Source: an uncultured Gammaproteobacteria bacterium
GTDB taxonomy: Bacteria > Pseudomonadota > Gammaproteobacteria > UBA9214
Assembly: GCA_963763115.1 (NCBI GenBank)
Contig: CAVXNM010000016.1
Span: 1,592-65,591 of the forward strand
Reading direction: 5' to 3'
Length of the DNA stretch: 64,000 bases
The notes under the pieces are model-generated. The model was not told the origin of the DNA, did not search any database, and worked only from the letters and a program-made list of their open reading frames with translations. Shown here in pieces: positions 52,901-63,535 of the stretch (its first letter is position 1; each line of letters opens with the position of its first letter). Both the position numbers and the translations under genes were made by a program.

Positions 52901-53954
52901 TCTCAAACAGGATGCTGTGATTCCCGGGGGTCTCGCTGGTGACGTCAAGGGCAAACAGGCCCTTGCCTCCGGCGCCCAGCCCCCCCGTGAGAATGGTTTC
53001 CCAGTTTGCATCGATCTTCGCCGAGGCAGCAGTCAACCGGCCATCGACGAAATAGGTGTGCTGGTAGGGAGGAGGTACCGCGAGTTTCGGCAGACTGCTG
53101 ATCAGCATGGAAGGGATATAGGCGTATACCTCGGAACCGTCCTTTTCGGAGAATACATGCAACATGCCATCATTGGCGCCAACGGCAACAAGCCCGGGGC
53201 GAAAAGCCGTAGTGTAGGTGTCCTTGAAAGTCTGAAAGGCGGTGTCAGCGTAATTCTCCACGGGCTGCCCGATGTATACCGGGCTGGAGTCGACGATATC
53301 GCCCAACAGGCTGAAGCGGCTGCGCAGTGTGCCGTTAGGCTGGTTCTTTTCATTGGTATGATCACCGCGGATGTAATTCAGGACCGTACTCTCGGTTTCG
53401 TTGTTATTGTAGGCGGCGGGATCCAGGGCCTGTTGCTGCGCGGTAGTCAGATTACTCCAGGTAAACGCTACCTTGGTAGTGCCGTTGTACGTATAGATCT
53501 GACGTCCGGTCTTCCAGTAATCCGTATATACCGCACAGGTAGCGTCTGGACATTCCTGAGCATAAAAGGTGGCACGTGCCGTCCAGTTGTGAGGGCTGGG
53601 GTCGTCGGCGGTATAGTCGTTGCCGATGGAGGCTTCGCCCCAGTCCCATAACTTGGTCTTTTCGGCATCCGAAAGGGGGTTGAGACCCACCAGTGACTCG
53701 TCAGTGGTCGTGCGAACGCCCTGCGAATCGATGTTGTATTCGATGACATCGCCCTGATAGGCACCGTTTTCCAGCCACGGACGGTAGGCCCGGTTATTGG
53801 GCGTCGCCAGGTCGGCGCTTTTCAAACCGTAGGGGGCTAGCGTCACCAGAGGCTGGGTGCTGGGATCGAAGTTGAAGACGGCATACGCCAGGGTGCTGAT
53901 TACCATAAGCAGTGCGGTCGCCTTTAGGTACCGTGTTTTTTTGCGCGTAGTCAT
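49932..53954 (-). CDS. pilY1: PilY1/PilC type IV pilus tip protein with ~600-aa insert near C-terminus
   Basis: LGDIVDSSP, GANDGMLHVF, YFVDG, GGKGLFALDVT, DFNNDQVGD Ca loop, terminal RRSW. Confidence 0.88.
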   Translation of the reverse strand: MTTRKKTRYLKATALLMVISTLAYAVFNFDPSTQPLVTLAPYGLKSADLATPNNRAYRPWLENGAYQGDVIEYNIDSQGVRTTTDESLVGLNPLSDAEKTKLWDWGEASIGNDYTADDPSPHNWTARATFYAQECPDATCAVYTDYWKTGRQIYTYNGTTKVAFTWSNLTTAQQQALDPAAYNNNETESTVLNYIRGDHTNEKNQPNGTLRSRFSLLGDIVDSSPVYIGQPVENYADTAFQTFKDTYTTAFRPGLVAVGANDGMLHVFSEKDGSEVYAYIPSMLISSLPKLAVPPPYQHTYFVDGRLTAASAKIDANWETILTGGLGAGGKGLFALDVTSETPGNHSILFEKSSSEFGYIIGRPTIYGMAGGDWYVITGNGYGAGRAKLLLINLRTNAVTSINTLDSDANAGLSEATLIDFNNDQVGDYVYAGDTKGDMWKFDFTSLDPASPDFGNVVVTRVYDGSPNQPITTAPEIGEHPNGGYMVYFATGNASSLTDAADTNYPAQAVYGIWDQATGSTILEQQLGEATETFSSTTTVTNPDSSTSTTTTSNTETVRYVSSDPLLAGNYEYICPVGDNTCTALKGWKVTLGPNERLIGGPPQLRAGRVTFVANNPTGTNIDPDTNQLTTDLEGDSWLMSLDYLTGGDSVGTDREGDYGGVALNLSGDDQLNDDDRISVNGVLKAPVGLDLGEGVISQPAIARLGPAIDIMYINGLKLKLPQIEPGGPFFNGHIDVVTDSPVGGSKAPNNIAYMSEGYNIPENDGYGKSVDGLVHAYSDIHGITYVDLFELEPRRGLTSKNGTPFPPVKGACPSGSTPVNASNGTLYGCVVTSLDAELNRAYDTLTRTDHPTSDVSPSNGTCPSDSEPFGPFYTKVYDSNNVLINCKESSIDPKSEVLLGGSPIDETKPFIVTLANADLSTAGILQIGCRTWKVEDYQDMITSQLEGGDTPAELHDTYHGDKPLVFTLISIANGTFADGTPDDTVCPKDSPNPTLRISFEQRSILDLGIVGTRSQCVLGLHRPDDKVCYTDAAVLTAAESIAPKINNNTYTTGADASCGGITDPGVVPDPPVNNTTYLQDPAKNWHITWNPNYPQHPALTGFRWRNGALTLQLLDATSPTSYTLQPAIDLLVDKNGVRKGGTFAKAFVADYKNGKPNGTILMRDAPGPNQSGLLYEADIYWHYGRLADDIRNADVNLGTGNPSSTPCYGGNNYYSRLQIEASGANPGEVNRIIDKSIPEDQLVAYFQALQAVQNCSDSIQDSCNQALLELAQMLADNPNIALLDSILPYVNLDDLNLPPGVNSGNDSTPNRDVEALDLEEGMKPQYIKNQRRSWIDLQP

Positions 53955-53971
53955 GATGCGATCTCCAGGAA

Positions 53972-54487
53972 TTAGGGAGCTGTGGCTGACTGGTAAACGG
54001 TTTGCACCGTGCGTCTGGCGCCCCGGCTGGTATCGGCCTGAGCCGTCACCAGGAAGTCATAGTGTATGCAACCGGCTTTTGTCTCACCCTTACCCAGGCT
54101 TTTGCCGCAATCATCATCGATACCCTGTCCGACATACTCGACGATGTAACGGGCATCGGGCACGTCAGTCGGAGTGCATGTCGTGATACTGCTGGGCCAA
54201 TTGAGTGGCGAAGGATCCACCAGGGTGGCTTGCGGGTAATAGCAGGCTTTCTTTGCGCCCCCTATCATTGATTGTAAATCCAGCTCCGCAGCATTGACGA
54301 CCACTTCGGCATTGTTCAATGCGGCCGTTTGGAACTGATTGTTGCCGGCCATCATGTTTTCAAGGCGCGAGCTATTCATTCCGAAGACGCCCAGGATAGT
54401 CAGGATCAGCAGAAAGATCAGCGCCATGAACAGCGCGGCGCCATTCTGGCGCGAAGAAATGCCGGTTTTGATCGTTGCTTTTGGCAT
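53972..54487 (-). CDS. pilX: Type IV minor pilin PilX
   Basis: QNGAALFMALIFLLILTILG (no Glu5), LENMMAGN. Confidence 0.88.
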   Translation of the reverse strand: MPKATIKTGISSRQNGAALFMALIFLLILTILGVFGMNSSRLENMMAGNNQFQTAALNNAEVVVNAAELDLQSMIGGAKKACYYPQATLVDPSPLNWPSSITTCTPTDVPDARYIVEYVGQGIDDDCGKSLGKGETKAGCIHYDFLVTAQADTSRGARRTVQTVYQSATAP

Positions 54488-54489
54488 GA

Positions 54490-55494
54490 TTAGCTTGCTC
54501 CAATGCGGTTGCGCAGTTTCACCGTCGTTTGATAGAGCTGGCGGCGATAATGATCTGTTGCGGTGGGTGTGAAGCTGACGTCCCCAATACTGTAGGTATT
54601 AGTATTGGTATAACCGGTTTCCGGGCACTCGGCGCGAGTGAGCACCCAGATGCGGGCGGAAACCACCTGGTCCCAGTTGGGGGTGGTAGCGGTGTTGGTG
54701 CTGATCGCGTCGGCATCAAGATACTGCTCTACCGAGAGGTCGCCGGTGGTGTCCACGCCGTACTGCACCTGAAGTTGTTCGATGCCCGAGGCGATTTCCT
54801 CGGGTGTTCCCGGTTCACCACTGTCATCTAGCCCCACTCGAAACAGGGAAGGGACGGAAGCATTGGCGCCGCCGTAGCTGCAAGTCTGGCTGGAATTGCC
54901 AGTGTAATAGGCATGGGCAACCAGTTCGGCGTCCCTGTCATTGGGTTGTGGCGTCGGTTGCGCGTCCCCCGGGAAGATGCGCGCCTTTTTTGGATCGGTC
55001 GGATTGGAACGCAAGTAAAGGCGGCCCGCATCAATTGATGGTGTGGTAATACCGCCAACCTCCCAGGGCGCGGCATAGCGGACCACCAGTACATCACCCT
55101 GCAGGTAATTGGTGATGCAGTTGTAACCTGTTGCGGTGTCGTTGAGTCCATAAATGGGTCTGTTCACCATTGTTCCCCAGTCCGTGCTTCCCGTCGCACA
55201 GGTGTCGGCGCCGGTTGGCACAGACAATGACCAGGTGGTTTTCTCGACTCTCAAGGCGCCGCCCAGGTAGCCCGCCCGGCGCAGGTCCTGGGCAAGGGTA
55301 TTCAGCACATAACGCCCATTCTCCTGTTGCCGCCCCAGGGCGTTCTGTATGGTGAAGCTTTTCTTGGAACTGAGGAAGATCTGCCCGATGCCTGCCAGCA
55401 GGATGAGTGTGATGACCAGCGCCACCATCAGTTCGACCAGGCTGAAACCACGGTTGAGGTCGTGCAGTCTGAAGTTGTCGTTTCCGATGTTCAT
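54490..55494 (-). CDS. pilW: Type IV minor pilin PilW
   Basis: GFSLVELMVAL, DLRRAGY, GIEQLQVQYGVD, TVKLRN. Confidence 0.9.
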   Translation of the reverse strand: MNIGNDNFRLHDLNRGFSLVELMVALVITLILLAGIGQIFLSSKKSFTIQNALGRQQENGRYVLNTLAQDLRRAGYLGGALRVEKTTWSLSVPTGADTCATGSTDWGTMVNRPIYGLNDTATGYNCITNYLQGDVLVVRYAAPWEVGGITTPSIDAGRLYLRSNPTDPKKARIFPGDAQPTPQPNDRDAELVAHAYYTGNSSQTCSYGGANASVPSLFRVGLDDSGEPGTPEEIASGIEQLQVQYGVDTTGDLSVEQYLDADAISTNTATTPNWDQVVSARIWVLTRAECPETGYTNTNTYSIGDVSFTPTATDHYRRQLYQTTVKLRNRIGAS

Positions 55495-55496
55495 GT

Positions 55497-56024
55497 TCAA
55501 TCCGTGTAGCTCAGGCGAAAACAGCGAAGATCGTCTTTACTGAGTGGTGGGCAATTGGTGCCGGTGGCGCCCGTGCGCGCCTCATCCCAGTAGACCGTGA
55601 TGATATGGGTAAGAACGTCGCAGGCCGGGGTCGAGGCCGTGTCGCATTGAGTGATTTCGCTTGCGCCACCGGGCAGTTTTTCTACGCTGTCGCGCCACTC
55701 GGTGAGGTCGGTCAGCGCAGCGCCGGTGGCGCTCGTATCCTCCGGGGCTTGATTCAGGCTGATGACATATTCATCTGCCGCCACACCCTTGGGGTTGGCG
55801 CGCATGCGGTCGGTGATGTCATAGGCGGCTTCGGTGACCAGCGTGCGGATATTTGCCATCTGGTTGGAGCGCAGGCCCGTGGTCTGCAGCGCGGCCAGTC
55901 CCAGCAGGCCGATGGACAGGACCAGCAAGGCAATCAGTACCTCGAGAAGGGTGAAGCCGCACTGGTGATTTTTCTGTGTGGATATTCCGCTTGGCATCGT
56001 CGTCATTACCCTGTTCAACTGCAT
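55497..56024 (-). CDS. pilV: Type IV minor pilin PilV
   Basis: GFTLLEVLIALLVLSIGLLGLAALQ, DRMRAN. Confidence 0.9.
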   Translation of the reverse strand: MQLNRVMTTMPSGISTQKNHQCGFTLLEVLIALLVLSIGLLGLAALQTTGLRSNQMANIRTLVTEAAYDITDRMRANPKGVAADEYVISLNQAPEDTSATGAALTDLTEWRDSVEKLPGGASEITQCDTASTPACDVLTHIITVYWDEARTGATGTNCPPLSKDDLRCFRLSYTD

Positions 56025-56584
56025 GCGGCCGGCGCGACCTCGGTGTGTCCCTGTAGTGTGATGGTCACCGTGCGAGCCTGTTTTTTCTCGCAGTTCTTGA
56101 CTTTGAGCGTGAATTCAACTTCCTCAACAGTGTCATTGGAGCAGGTGCCGGACAGGTGGGTGCCGGACAATCCGGTCGGGAGAAAGCACACCTTGCCGGC
56201 ATCGGTTGTCAAGGTACTCCCGGCGGAAAGGCCTGGATGGGTCGCAATGATGCAGTCTTCCGTCATAAGACATTTTCCCGTGTCAATGTTATCGGGTGCA
56301 TTATCTCCGTCCGGGTCAGAAAAAACGATCCAGCCCTTTGTCCAGGTATCCTTGCCGGTGCAATCCGCCTGGTTATCGCTTGCACAGGCCACTATATTCG
56401 CGCCGCGCTTCAAGGCTTCGCTGCGTGCGAGCTGGATGGTGGATACCAGGTCATTGGTCTGAGCCGTCACGCGGTTGTTCTTGATAAAGGACTGGAACGC
56501 CGGAACTCCCGCGGCCAGCAAAATGGTGAGCACGACGATGGTGATCAGTAATTCCACCAGAGTGAATCCGGGTTCTCTATCCAT
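56015..56584 (-). CDS. fimT: FimT/FimU (GspH-like) minor pilin
   Basis: GFTLVELLITI, ARSEALKR, WTKGWIVF. Confidence 0.88.
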   Translation of the reverse strand: MDREPGFTLVELLITIVVLTILLAAGVPAFQSFIKNNRVTAQTNDLVSTIQLARSEALKRGANIVACASDNQADCTGKDTWTKGWIVFSDPDGDNAPDNIDTGKCLMTEDCIIATHPGLSAGSTLTTDAGKVCFLPTGLSGTHLSGTCSNDTVEEVEFTLKVKNCEKKQARTVTITLQGHTEVAPAACS

Positions 56585-56989
56585 TTTCAATGTATTATAA
56601 ACCTCGCTAATCAAAGTTATCCGCTATCAGATAAGCGGCTGATATTACCCGACAGTCGGTCTGGTTGCCTTGGATAATTTGCCAAATTACTGGCGGCTTT
56701 TGCCGGAGACTACGCATGGAGTCTGGCTGGATTATAAAAATCTCAAGGTCGTTTACCCGTCAGCCGGAAGTGGACATGAAGGGGGGGCGCTGCGGCTGTA
56801 TCGTGTTAACCCCTGATCCCGGGCCCCACTGTATATTGAGGTTCCACCCATAGGGGCGGACTTGCCCGCGAATCTGTTGATAATGTACACCTGTTCGCGG
56901 ACATACCCAAAGCGTACAAAAGCCCGCTCCTAGAGTTAGATCCGTTTCGGATTTTTCGAAGCGCCCTTGAGGCGAGTGATACCTGATTG

Positions 56990-58087
56990 ATGGACTGTAT
57001 CGTGGTGGGTGGTGGTCTGTTAGGTCTGCTGACCGCGCGCGGGCTGAGCCATGCCGGTGCGAAGGTCATCCTGCTGGAACGCGGAGAGACCGGTCGTGAA
57101 TCATCCTGGGCCGGAGGAGGCATCGTGTCGCCCCTGGTTCCCTGGGAATATCCGGATGCGGTTTCGACGCTGGTCAGCTGGAGTCAGCAACACTATCCGG
57201 TTCTGGCCCGGGAGCTGCGGGAAGAGACCGGTATCGACGTTGAGTGGATCCGATGCGGCCTGCTGATGGTCGATTTAGAACCTGACCCGCTGATAGAGGC
57301 ATGGGCGGAAAGGCGCGATTGCCGATTGCAGTCCCTGGACGGGATTCAGACAAAGTCACTGGAACCGGCACTGAGGGATGGAATCCGGTCTTCGATCCTG
57401 CTGCCTGACGTGGGCCAGATCCGCAACCCGCGACTCTGCAAGGCAGTGCGCAGGTCACTGGATCTGCAAGGTGTTACGATCCATGAGAACACGCCTGTCC
57501 TCGGCTTCATGACTCAGGACGGGACCATTCAGGGGGTCAGGACGGCGACCGGGGAATACCCTGCGGATCGGGTAATAATCACCGCTGGCGCCTGGAGTGC
57601 GCAACTGCTCAGAGAAACCGGGCTGGATCTTCCCGTTAATCCGGTGCGTGGTCAGATGGTTCAGTTTAAGGCCACACCGGGATTGCTCAAGCATATCGTT
57701 CTCTATAAGAACCATTATCTAATCCCGCGTCTTGATGGTCTCATTCTCTCCGGCAGTACCCTGGAATACACCGATTTCGACAAAGGGACGACCCGGGAGG
57801 CACGCGATGAACTGGCGCGAGCGGCAACCACCCTCGTTCCGGCATTGTCCGAGTGCGAACCCGTCAGACAGTGGGCCGGGTTGCGTCCCGGATCACCGGA
57901 CGGCGTACCCTTTATCGGCGAGCATCCTCGGATTCAGGGACTGTTCGTGAATGCCGGGCACTTCCGCAATGGTGTGGTGATGGCACCGGCGTCGGTTCAA
58001 CTTCTGCTGGAGTTGCTGCAGAAACAATCCGGATTCACGGATGCATCTCCCTATGCGATTGATAAATATATTGAATCGACCGATTGA
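56990..58087 (+). CDS. thiO: Glycine oxidase ThiO
   Basis: VGGGLLG, SSWAGGGI, PVRGQM, WAGLRP, GHFRNG. Confidence 0.88.
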   Translation: MDCIVVGGGLLGLLTARGLSHAGAKVILLERGETGRESSWAGGGIVSPLVPWEYPDAVSTLVSWSQQHYPVLARELREETGIDVEWIRCGLLMVDLEPDPLIEAWAERRDCRLQSLDGIQTKSLEPALRDGIRSSILLPDVGQIRNPRLCKAVRRSLDLQGVTIHENTPVLGFMTQDGTIQGVRTATGEYPADRVIITAGAWSAQLLRETGLDLPVNPVRGQMVQFKATPGLLKHIVLYKNHYLIPRLDGLILSGSTLEYTDFDKGTTREARDELARAATTLVPALSECEPVRQWAGLRPGSPDGVPFIGEHPRIQGLFVNAGHFRNGVVMAPASVQLLLELLQKQSGFTDASPYAIDKYIESTD

Positions 58088-58134
58088 GGCAGCCGGCGTA
58101 GACGCTGGGCTGGATTGCGGATTATACTTTGTCT

Positions 58135-58575
58135 ATGGAAAAAACCATCCATAGACAGATGCTTAGCCAACATCAGCTGGCCGGTCTGCTGAAGCATCAC
58201 GATATACTGCCGACCCGGCAACGGCTGATGATCGCACGTGTCCTGTTTAATCGTATCCAGCACCTCTGTGCCGACCAGGTAATGCACTATGTCAATGACG
58301 GCAGTGACCATGTTTCCAAGGCTACGGTCTATAACACACTGGGTTTGTTCGCACGCAATGGTCTGATCCGCGAGGTTATCGTAGACCCGACGCGGGTGTT
58401 TTACGACCCGAACACCAGCAATCATCACCATTTCTACAATGTCGATACCGGCGAGCTCAGGGACATCGAGGCTTCCGAACTTGCCATTGAAACGTTGCCT
58501 GAACTGCCGGCAGGGACAATTGCCGACGGTGTAGACGTCATCATCCGCGTGCGCAACGCCGCCCCGGAACACTGA
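58135..58575 (+). CDS. Fur-family transcriptional regulator (Irr-like)
   Basis: PTRQR, VSKATVYNTL, HHHFYNVDTGEL; no CxxC motifs. Confidence 0.88.
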   Translation: MEKTIHRQMLSQHQLAGLLKHHDILPTRQRLMIARVLFNRIQHLCADQVMHYVNDGSDHVSKATVYNTLGLFARNGLIREVIVDPTRVFYDPNTSNHHHFYNVDTGELRDIEASELAIETLPELPAGTIADGVDVIIRVRNAAPEH

Positions 58576-58644
58576 ATCCGTCCTGGCCGGGTCCGGTCAT
58601 TTTTGCTTCCTGAACCGCCGTCGTTTTATACTGCCACGCCGCGC

Positions 58645-58720
<76 letters not shown>

Positions 58721-58844
58721 TTTAATAGCATGACACATGGGCAGAGATGCGTAGCATGTCGGTTGGACGATCCATGCCCGCTTTTGTGGCACCTCTTGTC
58801 ATGAGGCATCAGGATTCGTGTAGCCAGCGTCGTACATTCAGGAG

Positions 58845-59204
58845 ATGACTGTAATGTCGCCAATACTTGCGGTTGAATACCGGATAAAAGTCGGGGAGGA
58901 CGAACTGAAGGAGGAAAGCGTTCCCCTGCATAACCCGGAGGAGATGTTTGCCTTCGTGGCGCCCGGTGGAGGATGCGAGCTGATTCCTTCCGAGGTGGAG
59001 GAGATCAGGATGGTGTTTCTCAAACCGCAGCACCCGAATGCCCGGAATCCGCTTGCCGATGTGCCGGTAACCCTGCAGCTTGGTATGGTGTTCTTCAGCG
59101 GCCCCCTGTCCGAGGTGGTTCAGACGGCGGAGCAACTACTCGACAGGGCCGGCCGGGGCGAGCTGTCCGGATCCTTCCTCACCGTGATCGGTGCGGGTTC
59201 CTGA
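58845..59204 (+). CDS. Hypothetical protein
   Basis: RBS AGGAG, genome-typical codon usage, 119 aa; no recognised family. Confidence 0.65.
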   Translation: MTVMSPILAVEYRIKVGEDELKEESVPLHNPEEMFAFVAPGGGCELIPSEVEEIRMVFLKPQHPNARNPLADVPVTLQLGMVFFSGPLSEVVQTAEQLLDRAGRGELSGSFLTVIGAGS

Positions 59205-59313
59205 CGGAGTGTCGCAGTACAGGCAATAAGGGAGCCTCTGTCGTCTTAGCCCCGCACTGCATAGCGGTACGCTGTCGCCGCGGCGATGAGTGCCGATTCA
59301 CTCCTTGCCGGCG

Positions 59314-59724
59314 TCAACTTCCCCAGCACGTCGCAACATCCGGAGCCGAACCTGTATAACCTTTGGTGCCTTGTGCAGTGAGCGTTAATTTGGTGCATTT
59401 GCTGTCTTTTGCCTGCACGTCAACCGCTGTTGCCGTCAGTTTATAACTTGACGCGGTAATGGCACTGGGTGCGAGGGTGTAATAGCCTTTCTCCGATTGA
59501 GCGGCAACTCTGGCTTCGCAGCCTTCGTAAGTGGCCAGATCGGAACGACAGGATTCCATCACCATGGCCGCGTGGTTCAGAGCCGCTATGCCATCCGCGC
59601 GGCGTGTTTTCTGCATGTAGCCCAGATACGACGGGTAACCGATGCCGACGATGATGGCGATGACTGCCACCACCACCATCAGTTCTATCAACGAAAAACC
59701 CCTTTCTGAATTCATGATGCTCAT
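59314..59724 (-). CDS. pilE: Second type IV minor pilin PilE
   Basis: GFSLIELMVVVAVIAI, TRRADG, DSKC...CW. Confidence 0.9.
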   Translation of the reverse strand: MSIMNSERGFSLIELMVVVAVIAIIVGIGYPSYLGYMQKTRRADGIAALNHAAMVMESCRSDLATYEGCEARVAAQSEKGYYTLAPSAITASSYKLTATAVDVQAKDSKCTKLTLTAQGTKGYTGSAPDVATCWGS

Positions 59725-59731
59725 CCCCTTT

Positions 59732-62700
59732 CTACTGGTCTTTCCAGGAGGTGCGCTTTACCGGGTTGTACAGGTCAATATCTTTCACCTTCTCCGTACC
59801 CACAATTAACACCGGGTGATCACCATCCGTAAACACCAGGGTCGGCTCTGGCTGGATGCCGCCACGCACCAGGTTATGGCGACGATCATCCAGGGTAAGG
59901 TTGTTCAGATCACCGATACCATCGAGATTATGCTTCGGTTTGGCGTCATAGACACTCACTGCATACAATCGCCCAAGGCCCTGACTGGGTGCACATGAGT
60001 CGGCATTTCCCGTATTCGGCTTGAATGTGGTGAACAGTACCAGTCCATCAATCGTCTTGGACCGTGCCATAACCTTTTCACCATCTTCCAGATTGATATA
60101 CCAGCCTGACTTGGAAGTCAGGTCGGGAGCAAGATCAGCTGTTACATCCTGCAGATCCGTCTCGGTCAGTACCGTATAAGTCGTCGGTGGCGTATAAACA
60201 TCACCCGTAAACAACATATAGTAACGGTCCTGCGTAACCGTACTGAGTGGATGTGCCCGATACCCGGAACCCAATCCAATGGCGTAATTAACCTGCCCGT
60301 TACGCACGATCAATGAAACGTCAGGTTCCTCATAGAAACGGCGGTGTTCATCGGTTCCAGCTACCTGCCAGATCGGCGATTACGCCACCGGTAATCACCG
60401 TATCGCTGCCACTGTTGTCCAGATCAAAGCGCCACAGCTGTCCGCCGACATCCACAGCGAACATGATATCGGTATAACCATCGGAATTGATATCACCTGA
60501 CACCACCGTGGCCGGGAAGCTGTATTCCATATCCGCCGATACCAGGTTCGCGCCCGATCCGGTGCCGCCAGCCCACCAGAGTCGTGCACCGGTGCTGGCA
60601 TCGACCATGTAGATTGCCCGTCCCTTATTGTCGACACCGGCGTTTTCCGTGTCCTGGTTGGTGTCGTATCCGCCGCCGAAGAGCAGTACGGTCCTGGGCG
60701 AACCACTACTCTTGATCCGGGCCGTTTGCGGGCGTGACCAGGTCTGGGCGAGTTCCGCGAAATTACCCTCGGGACTCCTCCCTTGATTATCCATTTCAGC
60801 TTCGGGGCGCTGCGGTCGGTGACATCCAGGGCATAATAGTTAAGGCCGCCGCGCCGCATCCCGGCATAAAGATAGGCAAACTCCCCGGTTTCCGTCGTTC
60901 CGCTCGCGTCCTCCAGGACACCATTATTGTTGGCGTCGTTTGCCCACACCGTGATTGGCCCATCCAGCCCGTAGGGATGGTTAACTGCAGCGGAGTTGGT
61001 ATATAAAACATCCAGATTCGGCAATAGTTCCTGCGGGATGAAGGAGAAGTATTCGGTGCCGTCCCGGGTATTAAGGGCATGCAGCATGCCTTCATTCGTT
61101 GCCGCAAAGAGCGCGATATCGGGGTTGGCGTCCGTGCCGCCATAGTTCACCACCACAGGATTGCTGTGCAAGGGATCACCCATATGATGCCGTGCATCGG
61201 TCGTCGACCCATCCTGATTTTCATCGAAGACATCAACGCCACGCGCCCACTGTATTAACTCGGTGCGATAGGCATCGGCCATGCCGGCGTTGCCAAGCAG
61301 GGTCTTTGTCAGCAAGGCATTCGACTCATCGAACTTGTTGGCGGCGGTTATCAGCGAGACATTATTCGGTGCAGCGGCGCTGGTGTAGGTATAGATCTTG
61401 CGAGGAAGCGTCTGCCGACTGGCGGCTCCGCCCTTGGCAACATCGTCTCCATCCGGTGCGTCGGCGGCTTGCGTCCAGACACTGGTCGCCAGTGTGCTGA
61501 AGAATCCGGTTGATGCGTCTACCGCAGGATTGTCATTCGCATCGACAATCTCCGGCGGCGTATCACCCAGCTGGTAACGCTTTACATTGCCTGCCCACTC
61601 CGGGTTTCTGTTCGGGCGAAACAGGGCGAAATATAACTCGTTGCGATTGGTCAGACGATTGAAGGCATTCACCGGAACAGCCGGTGCAACAAAGGTGGTA
61701 TTAACGGCGAGAATTTCGCTGATGATTTGGGTAAATGCATTGGTGAGCCCAACGGTATTATCCGCCGTGTAGTATTTGCCACCGCCCTTTCTCGCGGCAT
61801 CCGACAGCAACTGCTGGTTGGTGGTAAAGCCGATCATGTAGGAGGACACCACCTGATCACCTTCGATATCCGGGCGCTGGTCCCGCTCGAAGAGGTATTG
61901 CGTCACTTCATCCAGGCAGTCGTCATTATTGTTGAAGTCGCAGGTGCCAGCCAGGGTGGTGAGTCCAGGTAGTGCCTTGATAAGGTTGTCTGCATCGTAA
62001 TCATAGGTCGGCTCGCCGTCGGTCAGCATTACAATGAAATTCTGCTGGCACTGGTATTCTACCGGACTCTGGTATTTTGAATTGTTGCCCGCAAGCAGTA
62101 CCCCCGGAGTGTTGGTGCCCGGGCTGGTCGCGTTACCGAACTGAACTCCCTCGCCCCGAAAGAAACGGGTAGCCTCGTACATGGTTTCAGCCAGCGGCGT
62201 GTAGCCTCCCGGCGTCAGTGCATTCACTGCGGCTTTGAGAGTGTCTCTGGTGCTGGCGTTCACTTGCGTCATGGGGTACATGAAATAGCCGCCTTTATTT
62301 TGCTCCATGTTTTTATCGTCAAAGCGCATCAGGCCGGCATTGATCCCGGAGGTACTGTCGATCATGCTGTTGAATACATTCTGTACTGTCTCGAGGCGAG
62401 TATTCGTGGTGACTACCCCGGGCTGATCATTGATATAATTCAGATAATTGCCGGAATATAAGGTGTAAGTGCGTTCCGGTATTATTCCAGTTGATCGCGC
62501 CGGTGTGCATTACTGCGAAATGGACCTCCGCTGTCTTCATCTGCCGGGTAATAGTTGCTGTTCGTGCCGTCTCCATGCAAACCCAAGTCCGCACTGCACT
62601 CCACGAGATTGCTGTATATTTCGGTGCCCAGGTTGCCCCAGCTATCAGGATTACACCCGTGTCGTTTGCATCTGCCAGGGTTGTAGCTCGCCAGCTTGCC

Positions 62701-63097
62701 GAGATAGATGCCCGATCCGGTGGATAGCGGTGCCCATGAATCCTGGCAGACGTTTAAATGATCGGCCAGAGAACCAGTTGTACTTGAACAGCTTGGTATT
62801 GCTGCAGCCTCGGCTGCCTAGCTGCCTCATGCTTGGGTCGTCCCAGTAGATACGGCTGGCATCGCAAGAGCCGGTATAGGTCTGGGTCGGATCATAGGTA
62901 CCCGTGGTAGACTGCACGTCCGTGTCCATGCTTCCCGAGGTGTCAATGATGAAGAGTACGTTCGGTCGAATATCCGTTGAGAAATCAATGTCGCCAAGAT
63001 AGATCTCGGTGTCATCCGCCCTCAAGGAGAGGCTCGTTAGCGCAGCAAACACCAAGGTGAGCAGCGAGAGCCGTAACTTTGCGTTCAACGTAATCAT
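59732..63097 (-). pseudogene. pilY1: Second PilY1 with N-terminal vWA domain; several frameshifts as sequenced
   Basis: ADDTEIY, FIIDTSGSM (MIDAS), TPLAE, LTDGEP, MGDPLHS, TNEGMLHA, GGGYD, DINSDGYTD, terminal KRTSW across ORFs 62651-63244, 60395-62365, 60348-60794, 59732-60313. Confidence 0.85.
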
Positions 63098-63129
63098 AAC
63101 CAGAATCCTCTTTGTGATACCGTTACCGG

Positions 63130-63447
63130 TTAGAAGAGCCACAAACGTACGATTTGTTTTGTTTTGGTGTCGAAAATTACGACTCCACCGGCCCAGCTCC
63201 GTTGTATCCGCTTGTTTGCGCGTACCGGCTCCCCATTGACCCATACGCTCGTCTCAGGCGTAATCTCCAGCCTCGTGAACGGACAGTCGGTGCAACTTCT
63301 GGCTAACACATACCCGTCACCGGGCCCATGAACTGTCACGTTAATCTCAGTGGCCTCGATCGCGTCCTGGATGTTAATGAGTTCCGCATTAACGCCCGGA
63401 AAGCACAACACGCCCAGAGTTATGATGAATAATCTTACGAACCGCAT
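63130..63447 (-). CDS. Small secreted CxxC protein between pilX and pilY1
   Basis: RBS AGGAG, signal peptide MRFVRLFIITLGVLCFPGVNA, SCTDC. Confidence 0.7.
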   Translation of the reverse strand: MRFVRLFIITLGVLCFPGVNAELINIQDAIEATEINVTVHGPGDGYVLARSCTDCPFTRLEITPETSVWVNGEPVRANKRIQRSWAGGVVIFDTKTKQIVRLWLF

Positions 63448-63535
63448 AGCCAGTCTCCTTGCATAATTGCATAAACGGCACAAGTGATTTGCCGTTTGTC
63501 TGCACTGTTCAGTGGTCTTTATCATTGGAATCGCT

